Source: an uncultured Lentisphaeraceae bacterium (lineage in GTDB: Bacteria; Verrucomicrobiota; Kiritimatiellia; RFP12; UBA1067). Taken from it: 43,711 nt of DNA. The position numbers and the translations under genes are program-made. Location: positions 1-43,711 of the forward strand of contig CAYZQL010000002.1 in NCBI GenBank assembly GCA_964480555.1, given 5' to 3'. The notes beneath the pieces are model-generated. The model made no database searches. It saw nothing but the letters and a program-made list of their open reading frames with translations, and had not been told where the DNA came from. This document shows positions 20,501 to 27,335 of this stretch, piece by piece (the first letter of the stretch is position 1; each line of letters begins with the position of its first letter).

Positions 20501-20970
20501 CGCTGAAGGCCGGGCGTCGTGAATCGTTCCAGGCAGATCCGCCGCTGGCTGTGCTCGGGGAAGAACAGTCCGCGTTCGAACGAATGCCACGAAGCCGTGT
20601 CGAACGCGAACTCTCTGCCCCCCGAATCGCGCAGAAGCGCCTTGATCCAAAGGCCCGAAGCAGTCCCGTTGTTTCCGCAGAGAAAGGTGAAGCCCATCAC
20701 GCCTTCGGGAACCGGAACCGGCGTTTTCAGAAGGAGGTCGCCGACGTTGCCCTTCGCGCAGTCAAAACGGACAAAGAGCGCGCCCTCGGCCGAGAACGCG
20801 CCGAACGGTTTTTCCGCCGCCTTTTGTGTCCACGCCGCCGCATCCGCCAGCTCGGGCAGACGGATCACGCGCCCGGCGTCCCCCTCGGCAAACGCCCGCG
20901 CGCCCGACAACAACGCACACGCCGCCAGCCAAGCAGACGGCACTATCGAGAATGCTTTTTGTGTTTTCAC
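17503..20970 (-). CDS. Large secreted GH42-like glycoside-hydrolase-like protein (paralog of 13948-17493)
   Basis: The signal peptide is MKTQKAFSIVPSAWLAACALLSGARAFA. The motifs are FDWNTVEPLPGVFDWGVVDRFVAYAQSKGLTVQLWPSF, then PQRTEDHSPGNW and GKLLMAISQSKLREMETGLIERIVAYVENGGTLLMCADAG. It begins 4 nt after the stop of the upstream gene. Confidence 0.75.
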   Translation of the reverse strand: MKTQKAFSIVPSAWLAACALLSGARAFAEGDAGRVIRLPELADAAAWTQKAAEKPFGAFSAEGALFVRFDCAKGNVGDLLLKTPVPVPEGVMGFTFLCGNNGTASGLWIKALLRDSGGREFAFDTASWHSFERGLFFPEHSQRRICLERFTTPGLQRVKVGSGRDATVEGPAPNVAPVPPYTLTGLRFVGQHQLAPATFTELFFKDFALTRLDPRASPFYYQFRDIEGYGELDPLPGLTPAHMGKSYGKRFDLSWELRDRYDGAPFLVDGKTFEFSQTGWKENGEGIPYPLQMAQKIEFPVREKGTYWARVRLRWSHDGKSPVPQAISEQEFRLDVVNGAEPIRRAPVPVDAMAPTCFIRIVPDRRSVVFNGKEKFTVKVAFRNPGASATNACCCAAVRLASGDEEVKAVDFVPVWKGDKPFMAELDLSDLKPGTYRVRAEIRLGEKVFDTVDRLIARKGTESAADDDAPIPPSVPSWTEMLASPKPMFHLTPMLPDNLPQSGAKAWDEYYRPFLDKAGKLSTQIEFSFDWNTVEPLPGVFDWGVVDRFVAYAQSKGLTVQLWPSFRDLPEWVPARYEMSSEGQVFGAKNSYQFHGGRPNYVNAPEIREGVVAFIKNVARRYRANPAVHSYFFCYEHPGDAPYAGWYEGYAPESVQAFRREARKTWKTIRAANRRWGTSYASWSEVVPPPTGSSSRYRLDWLRFKTDGIEGLLRDCVTAIRSADPKRLIDMYADGASDLNWFRERGCMSANGGSHDTMAMPDYAAFPMAGLPQRTEDHSPGNWTAYFPSQLDASVFAMMAGGGANAHCKAYVFSKNKFADMADPDVSLGRYKRFLPIWTELRATETAQPVSAFLLKDQASYLVSANTTYGGWGGEPWNVVSLSQAQLPAASGIADLWKNGKLLMAISQSKLREMETGLIERIVAYVENGGTLLMCADAGRKCIDTPGEDWVLLRRFGAPPPTAAEVSDRNTLACPVAGPVFTEGSNAFTLRDVWSVLPPAGMQTEAFFNGDARRAALSWKSVGKGKVAVLWAQTIVPPVFSQPNGAYPFLRDFGRWAGIRPMAAVTDNRLWTNLLKTKDGSAYYGLAHVGVWQGNPSAGVDGAVRWLVLPEGRYRVTELISGKELGEFTAAQLYSDGLPVKLAPREVAIFRMARK

Positions 20971-20974
20971 GTTT

Positions 20975-23062
20975 TTATTGGAGCATAACCGTCGTGCCCG
21001 GCGGCGCGGGAACTTTCGTCAGCACAATTTTCTTTCCTACAACGCTCACCGCGCAGCCGGCGGGTTTGGTCTCAACGGTCATGGCGGCCAGATTCGCGGT
21101 CAGCGACTCGCCCGCCGAGAGCAGCGGGACGGAAACAGTTCCGACCACGCCCGCCTGCTGGAGTTTTCTGGCGTCGACGATCAATTTGGTTGCGTCTCTC
21201 AGATACGCTTTGAAATTGACGGTCATCGGCGCGAAGTTGGTCGTGTCCACGCGAAACTCCAAGGCCGACGTCGCGTTGGTCAGAATCAGCTGCCCCACGA
21301 AAACCGTGTTGCTGTCGCCCAGCATCCGAATTCTTCCGCCGTAGCCGACAGTGCAATAGTTGTACTGATCTCCGTGGAACGTCGAATTCTCGATCGACAG
21401 CACATTGTTGGAGGCGGTGCTGGAATAACCGATATACGTCGCGCGCGGAATCGTCATGGAGCTGCCGTCCTCGAGCGAGATCCAATTGTTGGGGCCGCCG
21501 TAGCCCAAATCCAAATCGTACTGCGTGCTGGTATAGGTCGAGCGGACCAGTCGGACGAAGTTATTCGACGAGTTCGCACTGTAACCAAGGTACAGATGGC
21601 CGCGCGCGGCGATCGTACTGTTCGACGCCACAATCGCGTTGTCGAACGTCCCCGACATGTAGCCGACGTACAAATAATAAGCTGCCAGCGTCGCGCCTTT
21701 CTCGAGGAAAATCCGATTTCTCTGACCGCGCTTGCCGACATAAGTCGCATCGTTAGCGTTTGCCCCTTTGTTGGAAGCAACCGATCCGGAGCCAGCCACG
21801 AAAAGCGTGTTCGACGACGCCCATCCAGTCGAGGTGTCGTTCTCTCCTCCGACAAAGATTGATCGATTGGCAAAAGCAAGGCCGCCGTTGGTGACGATCA
21901 TCGTGTTGCAGTGACCTTGGGCACCCACCGCAATATCATACATCCGCACGTTCAGTTGCGACCCGAGCCCCGAAATAAGCGTCGCGTTGTCGGTGGAATT
22001 GCTGGTCACGCCCATTCGGAAATGGCCGCTGACACTCAGAACGCCGCCGTTGACCACTTCGATCCGATTGCTGTCGGCCGTGTTGGCGCCCAAACCAAAC
22101 GAGGTGCCCGTCTGATTGGTCATCACGCCGCCGTCGATCCTCATTTTGCTGAAACTCCCGTCCACGCCGATTCCCACCGCATTGCTCACCACGAACGTCC
22201 CCCCGCTGAGAACCTCCAGCGTGTTGCCGACGGCCGTGGCGTTCCTACCCAAATAAAGCGAGTAGCAGTTGACAAGACCGCCCGCATAGACCAGCCCGCC
22301 GTTCGTCACCGTCAGCGTGTTGCCGGAGCCGTCCCGTCCGATGGCGACGGCGGCGGCCGACCCGTTGTTCTCCACGCCGGCCGCATAGAGCAGAGAATGG
22401 GTCCCGCTGACCAGAACCGTGTTGTTCGAGGCGCTCGCGGCGTCCCCGCCGACATAGACGCCGCGCGACGACAGCACGGTGCCGCCGTTGGTGACGACCA
22501 GACGGTTGCCGTAACCGGCTTTGCCGACCCAGACATCCCACGCTTGGTTGGAAACGACCGTCCCCGCCCCCGACACGGACAAGGTCAAGTCGTGGTTCGT
22601 CGCGCTGGACGCCAAACACAGATGTTTGCCCGCCATCCAGGCGCCGCCCCCGGTCACGTCAAGGGTGGACAAAGCGCCCGGAAAGTTGATGTACGAATCC
22701 GCCCCCGCAGGCAGCAGAGTCCAGAGTGTCCCCGGCGAAATGTTCAGTGTCAGCTGTCGGTCCGAGGGAAAAGCGAACGCGTGCGAACTGCTGTTCGCGA
22801 CCGTCGTCGCGCCGTTCGTTATCTGCACCGCGTATGAACCGCCCGCCGGAAAACTGGAAACCGGGAAGGCAACGGAATCCGCTGCGCCGGGCACCGCACC
22901 GGCCGCCGATCCGCCTTCCGTCAGGGACCAGTTCCGGCCATCGTCGAAATAGCCCCCGGACGAGTTAACCCAGTAGTAGTTCGTTGCGGCGCTTTGTCTG
23001 GCACATCCCAGAAAAAGAATCGCCGCAACCACCCGCACCGCGCTTACGTTCCTTCTGTTCAT
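20975..23062 (-). CDS. Secreted beta-helical repeat protein C (T5SS/PEP-CTERM-associated-repeat-like) with a C-terminal GTTVMLQ tail
   Basis: AAGGAG lies 8 nt upstream of the ATG. The signal peptide is MNRRNVSAVRVVAAILFLGCA. The N-terminal motif is ATNYYWVNSSGGYFDDGRNWSL. Regular rungs follow: LVVTNGGTVLSSRGVYVGGDAASASNNTVLVSG, LTVTNGGLVYAGGLVNCYSLYLG, IEVVNGGVLSVSGHFRMG, MIVTNGGLAFANRSIFVGG. The C-terminus is KIVLTKVPAPPGTTVMLQ. Confidence 0.8.
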   Translation of the reverse strand: MNRRNVSAVRVVAAILFLGCARQSAATNYYWVNSSGGYFDDGRNWSLTEGGSAAGAVPGAADSVAFPVSSFPAGGSYAVQITNGATTVANSSSHAFAFPSDRQLTLNISPGTLWTLLPAGADSYINFPGALSTLDVTGGGAWMAGKHLCLASSATNHDLTLSVSGAGTVVSNQAWDVWVGKAGYGNRLVVTNGGTVLSSRGVYVGGDAASASNNTVLVSGTHSLLYAAGVENNGSAAAVAIGRDGSGNTLTVTNGGLVYAGGLVNCYSLYLGRNATAVGNTLEVLSGGTFVVSNAVGIGVDGSFSKMRIDGGVMTNQTGTSFGLGANTADSNRIEVVNGGVLSVSGHFRMGVTSNSTDNATLISGLGSQLNVRMYDIAVGAQGHCNTMIVTNGGLAFANRSIFVGGENDTSTGWASSNTLFVAGSGSVASNKGANANDATYVGKRGQRNRIFLEKGATLAAYYLYVGYMSGTFDNAIVASNSTIAARGHLYLGYSANSSNNFVRLVRSTYTSTQYDLDLGYGGPNNWISLEDGSSMTIPRATYIGYSSTASNNVLSIENSTFHGDQYNYCTVGYGGRIRMLGDSNTVFVGQLILTNATSALEFRVDTTNFAPMTVNFKAYLRDATKLIVDARKLQQAGVVGTVSVPLLSAGESLTANLAAMTVETKPAGCAVSVVGKKIVLTKVPAPPGTTVMLQ

Positions 23063-23099
23063 GCTTTTTCTCCTTTTAATAAAAGCCGCGTTTTACGGC

Positions 23100-24707
23100 C
23101 TACTGATACTCGGCGCGGCCCCAGTTCGGACCGTTTTGAAAGAAGTTGTAAGGCGCGATGCCCTCCTGACGGCGAACATGGCGGTTGGTCACTTCCACCA
23201 GCTGACCCCGCGCGATGCGTCCGTCGGCGTCGCTCCAGTGCGACATCCACAGCACCGCCAACGCGTCGCCGCTGCGGGGCGGATCGTCCGCGCAATTGAA
23301 CAGTCGCCACGGGATCGCGTACTCCAACGTGTAGCCGCAGCCGTCGGCGTCCTTTCGGAACACGCCTCGCCATCCCGGCGGATCAATTCGCTGGTCGTGC
23401 AGATCGATCCCGCGTTCCAACTTGAGCCGGGCGCAGCCGGCCTGCGCGTCGTACCATAAGACGACGCTGGTGATGCGCTCGCTCCGGGCCTCCTTGCTGA
23501 CCCGGCTCCGTCCGAAATCGTAAACGCCGCCATCAAACAGCGAGCCCTTCAGCGGCCACCCCTGCGTCTTGTCCGTCGAAACGCGCACGATCACGCTGCC
23601 GCCGGCGAACTCAAAGCCTTCCGGAGCCGTGTTGCGCATCGGATCGGGATCGCCCACATGCGCGGCCAAATAAAGGTTGGCGGCGTCGTACATCATCATG
23701 CCTTCGAGCCAATACGTCTCCGCATACGGCGCGTCGCACGTGCTTTTGAAAGCAGTCTGCCGATTCCACTCCGCCAAATCGCCGTCCACCGCAATGGGAT
23801 GCGCCGCGCGCGCCACGCGCACCGTTTCCACCCGACTCCGGCTGTACAGCACACCGCTCGGGCGCTCCGGATTGACCACCGGCGGAAAGCGCCGGATAAA
23901 TCGCTTCTCGTCGTAAGTCTCGGAGATCAATCCGCCGCCGGTCGTCGCTTTGGCCGTGTCGCCCGCCCTGAGTTCCCAGCGCATGGCACAGTCCGCCGTC
24001 TCGGCCCGCACCTTGCCGTCGAAAACCTGCACCTGCGATTCGCCCCCCGACAACGCACTCACGCCAAACTCCGTGCCCAGATCGAACACCTTCATCTCCC
24101 GCGTTTCCACCACGAAACCCGAGCGGCCCTTGGGCATTCGCACCACCACGTTCCCGGAGATCAGCCGCGCATAGAGCGGGTTCACCATTTCCAGTGCCGC
24201 AGGTGCCTCGACTAAAAGAACCGTCCCGTCACATGTGACCAGTTCCACCAGCCCGCTCTGCCACTCCCACACGCCCGCCGGCAACACCGTCCCCGCCGTC
24301 ACCTCGCGCCCGTCCGCCCATTGCCCGTGCCGGCTGGCCCGCACCGTCATGACAGGGGAAAGGACCTTTTGGACGAGCGCGGCTTCAGAGACCGGAGAAG
24401 CGGGCCGTGACATGCGCCACACCGCCAACCCCGCCAGAAACGCGGCCGCAGCGGCGGCGACCCTCCACCCGACTGACAGACGCCGTCTTCCGTCCCCCGT
24501 CTTCCGTCCTCCGTTCTCCCGCAAGGCCGGACACGCGCCGAGCAGCACATGCATCCGCACCTGCCGCAAATAGGCCTCCCTCCGCTCCGGATCACGCTCC
24601 AGCAAAAGGTTGAACGCCGCCGCCTGAGCCTCATCGGCCGCGCCATCCAACACGGCGTCCAACAGCTCGTCGAACCGATCGGCCCCGTTATCTTCCATAC
24701 CCGTCAT
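23100..24707 (-). CDS. FecR-family anti-sigma factor with a C-terminal CBM9/DOMON-like extracytoplasmic domain
   Basis: The start is the ATG at 24707, which overlaps the sigma stop as ATGA; the listed ORF start at 25046 lies inside the sigma gene in another frame. The N-terminal anti-sigma helix region is DRFDELLDAVLDGAADEAQAAAFNLLLERDPERREAYLRQVRMHVLL. The TM segment is LSVGWRVAAAAAAFLAGLAVW. The FecR core is GLVELVTCDGTVLLVEAPAALEMV...FVVETREMKVFDLGTEFGV. The C-terminal ~250 aa begins IAVDGDLAEWNRQTAF. Confidence 0.85.
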   Translation of the reverse strand: MTGMEDNGADRFDELLDAVLDGAADEAQAAAFNLLLERDPERREAYLRQVRMHVLLGACPALRENGGRKTGDGRRRLSVGWRVAAAAAAFLAGLAVWRMSRPASPVSEAALVQKVLSPVMTVRASRHGQWADGREVTAGTVLPAGVWEWQSGLVELVTCDGTVLLVEAPAALEMVNPLYARLISGNVVVRMPKGRSGFVVETREMKVFDLGTEFGVSALSGGESQVQVFDGKVRAETADCAMRWELRAGDTAKATTGGGLISETYDEKRFIRRFPPVVNPERPSGVLYSRSRVETVRVARAAHPIAVDGDLAEWNRQTAFKSTCDAPYAETYWLEGMMMYDAANLYLAAHVGDPDPMRNTAPEGFEFAGGSVIVRVSTDKTQGWPLKGSLFDGGVYDFGRSRVSKEARSERITSVVLWYDAQAGCARLKLERGIDLHDQRIDPPGWRGVFRKDADGCGYTLEYAIPWRLFNCADDPPRSGDALAVLWMSHWSDADGRIARGQLVEVTNRHVRRQEGIAPYNFFQNGPNWGRAEYQ

Positions 24708-25237
24708 ATCTGTTCCATCCGCATTGTTTTTTCCACACACCCGTGCAGCAGGTTCCGCAGCCGGTAAAGCATGGAGACCACCGAGGCGGACGAATGGCGA
24801 AACTGCTCCGTCAATTCCCGCACCGTCTTGCGCTCTCCGTATTTCGCCGTCAGATAGGCGCGCTGATGACCGGTCAGCTTCTTCAGGCAAGATTCCAAGG
24901 CGTCCAGCATCATGTCCGAGTCCGCCTGATCCGTCTGCAGTTCCTCGGCCATGGCGTTCACCACCGCCTCGCTGAAAAACACCCGTTCGCGCGACTTCAG
25001 CGTCCGGTACTTGCGCACCTGATACCACGCGAGCGTTTTGGCCCACGGCAGAAAGGGGCGTGACGCGTCGTAGGTCTCGGCCTTCGCCCAGAGATCGACG
25101 TTCGTCTCTTGGAGCACATCCGCCGCGTCGTGCGCGTTGCCGACCAGCGACGTGACAAAAACACGCAGCTCAAGCTGGGCTTGAGTCAAGTTGCGGATAA
25201 ACGCTTCGGAGACCGGTTTGCACGCTTCGGCTGCCAT
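24704..25237 (-). CDS. ECF-type RNA polymerase sigma factor (sigma-70 family, Sig-70_gvs1-like)
   Basis: The protein is 177 aa. Region 2 is AHDAADVLQETNVDLWAKAETYDASRPFLPWAKTLAWYQVRKY. Region 4 is LTGHQRAYLTAKYGERKTVRELTEQFRHSSASVVSMLYRLRNLLHGCV. Its stop overlaps the anti-sigma start (ATGA at 24704-24707). Confidence 0.9.
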   Translation of the reverse strand: MAAEACKPVSEAFIRNLTQAQLELRVFVTSLVGNAHDAADVLQETNVDLWAKAETYDASRPFLPWAKTLAWYQVRKYRTLKSRERVFFSEAVVNAMAEELQTDQADSDMMLDALESCLKKLTGHQRAYLTAKYGERKTVRELTEQFRHSSASVVSMLYRLRNLLHGCVEKTMRMEQI

Positions 25238-25305
25238 GTCTGCGTCCTTTGTTCACTTATTATAAACAAAGGTGCGCAGAATATAGCGAAATATTTTTCG
25301 ATCGT
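25238..25305 (-). promoter_or_regulatory. AT-rich intergenic spacer upstream of the ECF sigma gene, with two small hairpins and a TATAAT hexamer
   Basis: Read on the minus strand the spacer is taaacgatCGAAAaataTTTCGctatattctgcgcaCCTTTGTTtataataagtgAACAAAGGacgcagacATG. There is an 8-bp perfect inverted repeat at 25246-25253 / 25265-25272. A TATAAT (plus coordinates 25259-25264) sits in its loop, 22 nt before the ATG. I see no convincing -35 element. The function is open: promoter, operator, or terminator of the hexosaminidase gene. Confidence 0.3.
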
Positions 25306-27222
25306 TTATTCTTTGTCGAGCCCGGCAGGGAAGACGCAGATGACCCCGTTGGAGTCGTTGCCCCCGTCGCTGCGGACATCCGCCCGGAGCGTGAAGACCG
25401 CGCCGACTTTGCAGGCGGGAACGTTGATCGCGTAGTCGAAAATGGCGGGATTGGCCCCTGCCGTGCCGGACTTCTGATCCTTGCCTAGCTCTACACCGTT
25501 CTCCAGCAGCGCAACGTTCCGCATCATGAGCCGGTGCTTGCCGCGCAGGTAGATGAAGCGAAGCGTATAGGCTCCTGCCTCCTGAATCCCCTTCGTGATG
25601 TCCCATTCGCGCACAGTCCAATCCTCGCCCTGCTCGCCGGTCTTCCACTCGGCCACCGGGCGGTACCACGCCGGCTCTCCTAAGCGGGCCACGTTCAGCC
25701 CCATCTGCTTCAGCCGTGCGCAGACTTCGGGCGCGCGCCGCTCGAAGCTTGTCCACGACACCTTCGCCTCCGGCGACCACGCCCGCTCCGCGATCGCGGC
25801 GGCGCGCGGGAAAAGCTTCCACTCGGCGTCCGCGCCGTTGTAACAGGACTCGCCCCAAAGGTTGCCCTGTATCCCCAGGACATGCTTCTGCTTTTCCGCC
25901 GGGATGCCCTCGACGGGGTTGAACGAGAGGATACGCTCGCAGGAGTTGACCCGCACCCGGAAATAGGCGAAGCCGTCCGGCGCGGCCGTCTGCGGGTAGT
26001 CGAGGTACAGGTAGGTCGTGGGCGACATCACCACATCGTGCCCCATCGCGGCCGCGGCCTGCCCGCCTTTGACGCCGCGCCAGGACATCACGGTCGCACC
26101 CGGCGCGAGCCCGCCTTCGAGGATCTCGTCCCAGCCGATCAGCCGGCGCCCCCGCTTCGCCAGATACCGGTCGAAATGGCGGACCATCCAGCTCTGCAGC
26201 TCGTGCTCGTCCTTCAGCCCGTGCGTGGCTTTGCGGGCCTGGCATTTCGCACAGGCCTTCCAGATATTTTTCGGACACTCGTCGCCGCCGATGTGGATGA
26301 AGGGGCTGTCGAACAGAACCAGCACCTCGTCGAGCACACCCTCCAGGAAACGGAGAACCTCGTCGTTGCCCGCGCAGTACATGAACTCCGGCTTGCCCGT
26401 GCAGCTCAGGTGCGGATAGGCCCTCATCGCGGCGGTGGCGTGCGCCGGCAGCTCGATCTCCGGTATCACCATGATGTGCCGGGCGCGCGCGTAGTCGAGG
26501 ATCTCGCGGATGTCGGCCTGCGTGTAAAACCGCGCCGGCCGTTTCGGATCGGAGTTGTCGCCGACGGCGCCGACCGTCGTGAGTTCGGGAAACCGCTTGA
26601 GCTCCAGGCGCCAGCCCGTCGAGTCGGTGAGGTGCCAGTGGAACCGGTTGAGCTTGAGCGACGCCATGCCGTCCAGGATCTTCAGCACGGTCGCTTTGCC
26701 GAGAAAGTGCCGGGCCTCGTCGATCATCACCCCGCGCCAGCCGAAGCGCGGCGCGTCGCGGATTTCCACGCACGGAAGGCTCTTCCCTTCCGCCGTCACC
26801 AGTTGACGGAGAGTCTGGGCACCATAAAAGAGCCCTGCCGCATCGGAAGCCGCAAGACGGATACGGTCGGGTGTGACCCGCAGCAGGTACCCTTCGGGCG
26901 GGAGGGCATCGTTCGGTGCCGCACCCTCCAGCGTGATCTCTCCAGTCACGGGTGGCTGACCTGCCGCCCCCGCACGCAACACGGGCAGCGGCAGCCCGGT
27001 TGACGCGCGCCAGACCGCCGCGAGAGAACGCGCCGCCGCCTCTCCTCCCGGCGCGGCCGGCGCGTATACGCACACCGTCGTCCCGACGAGCGGAAACACT
27101 CCGGGATTCTCCTTCACATCGGCGGGTTCGGGACAAAGCGCGGACAACGCCGCCGCTGCGCTCAGCGCGCCGAGACAAAGCGAGAGCCGAACTGTGGTGA
27201 GAGCGATACAGGCTGTTTTCAT
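25306..27222 (-). CDS. Secreted GH20 beta-N-acetylhexosaminidase with a C-terminal accessory beta-sandwich-like domain
   Basis: I prefer the ATG at 27222 (GGAG lies 5 nt upstream), giving the signal peptide MKTACIALTTVRLSLCLGALSAAAALSA. The listed start at 27363 would translate the palindromic repeat element. GH20 signatures are RFGWRGVMIDEARHF, LNRFHWHLTDSTGWRLE, HIGGDECPK and GIQGNLWGE. Confidence 0.9.
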   Translation of the reverse strand: MKTACIALTTVRLSLCLGALSAAAALSALCPEPADVKENPGVFPLVGTTVCVYAPAAPGGEAAARSLAAVWRASTGLPLPVLRAGAAGQPPVTGEITLEGAAPNDALPPEGYLLRVTPDRIRLAASDAAGLFYGAQTLRQLVTAEGKSLPCVEIRDAPRFGWRGVMIDEARHFLGKATVLKILDGMASLKLNRFHWHLTDSTGWRLELKRFPELTTVGAVGDNSDPKRPARFYTQADIREILDYARARHIMVIPEIELPAHATAAMRAYPHLSCTGKPEFMYCAGNDEVLRFLEGVLDEVLVLFDSPFIHIGGDECPKNIWKACAKCQARKATHGLKDEHELQSWMVRHFDRYLAKRGRRLIGWDEILEGGLAPGATVMSWRGVKGGQAAAAMGHDVVMSPTTYLYLDYPQTAAPDGFAYFRVRVNSCERILSFNPVEGIPAEKQKHVLGIQGNLWGESCYNGADAEWKLFPRAAAIAERAWSPEAKVSWTSFERRAPEVCARLKQMGLNVARLGEPAWYRPVAEWKTGEQGEDWTVREWDITKGIQEAGAYTLRFIYLRGKHRLMMRNVALLENGVELGKDQKSGTAGANPAIFDYAINVPACKVGAVFTLRADVRSDGGNDSNGVICVFPAGLDKE

Positions 27223-27255
27223 AAAAACTCCGTGTGTGTTCAGGCGACAGGTTAT

Positions 27256-27322
27256 GGTAGGGACGCCTCCCCGAGGCGTCCGCGGAGACACGCCTCGGAC
27301 GGCTCGGGGAGCCGTCCCTACC
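27256..27322 (-). repeat. Nested-palindrome (REP-like) intergenic element, copy 1
   Basis: The sequence is GGTAGGGACGCCTCCCCGAGGCGTCCGC-ggagacacgcctc-GGACGGCTCGGGGAGCCGTCCCTACC. It contains two 9-bp-stem hairpins (27261-27281 and 27297-27317) closed by GGTAG/CTACC. It starts 14 nt downstream of the LamG-1 stop and ends 33 nt upstream of the GH20 start. A second copy lies at 41413-41489. Confidence 0.6.
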
Positions 27323-27335
27323 GGATAATGACCGT

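Noticed and set aside
24708-25046. The N-terminal 113 codons of the listed 648-aa anti-sigma ORF
   Set aside because: This part lies entirely inside the sigma-factor gene in another frame. The ATG at 24707 gives the canonical ATGA-coupled start and a typical anti-sigma N-terminus (DRFDELLDAVLDG...).
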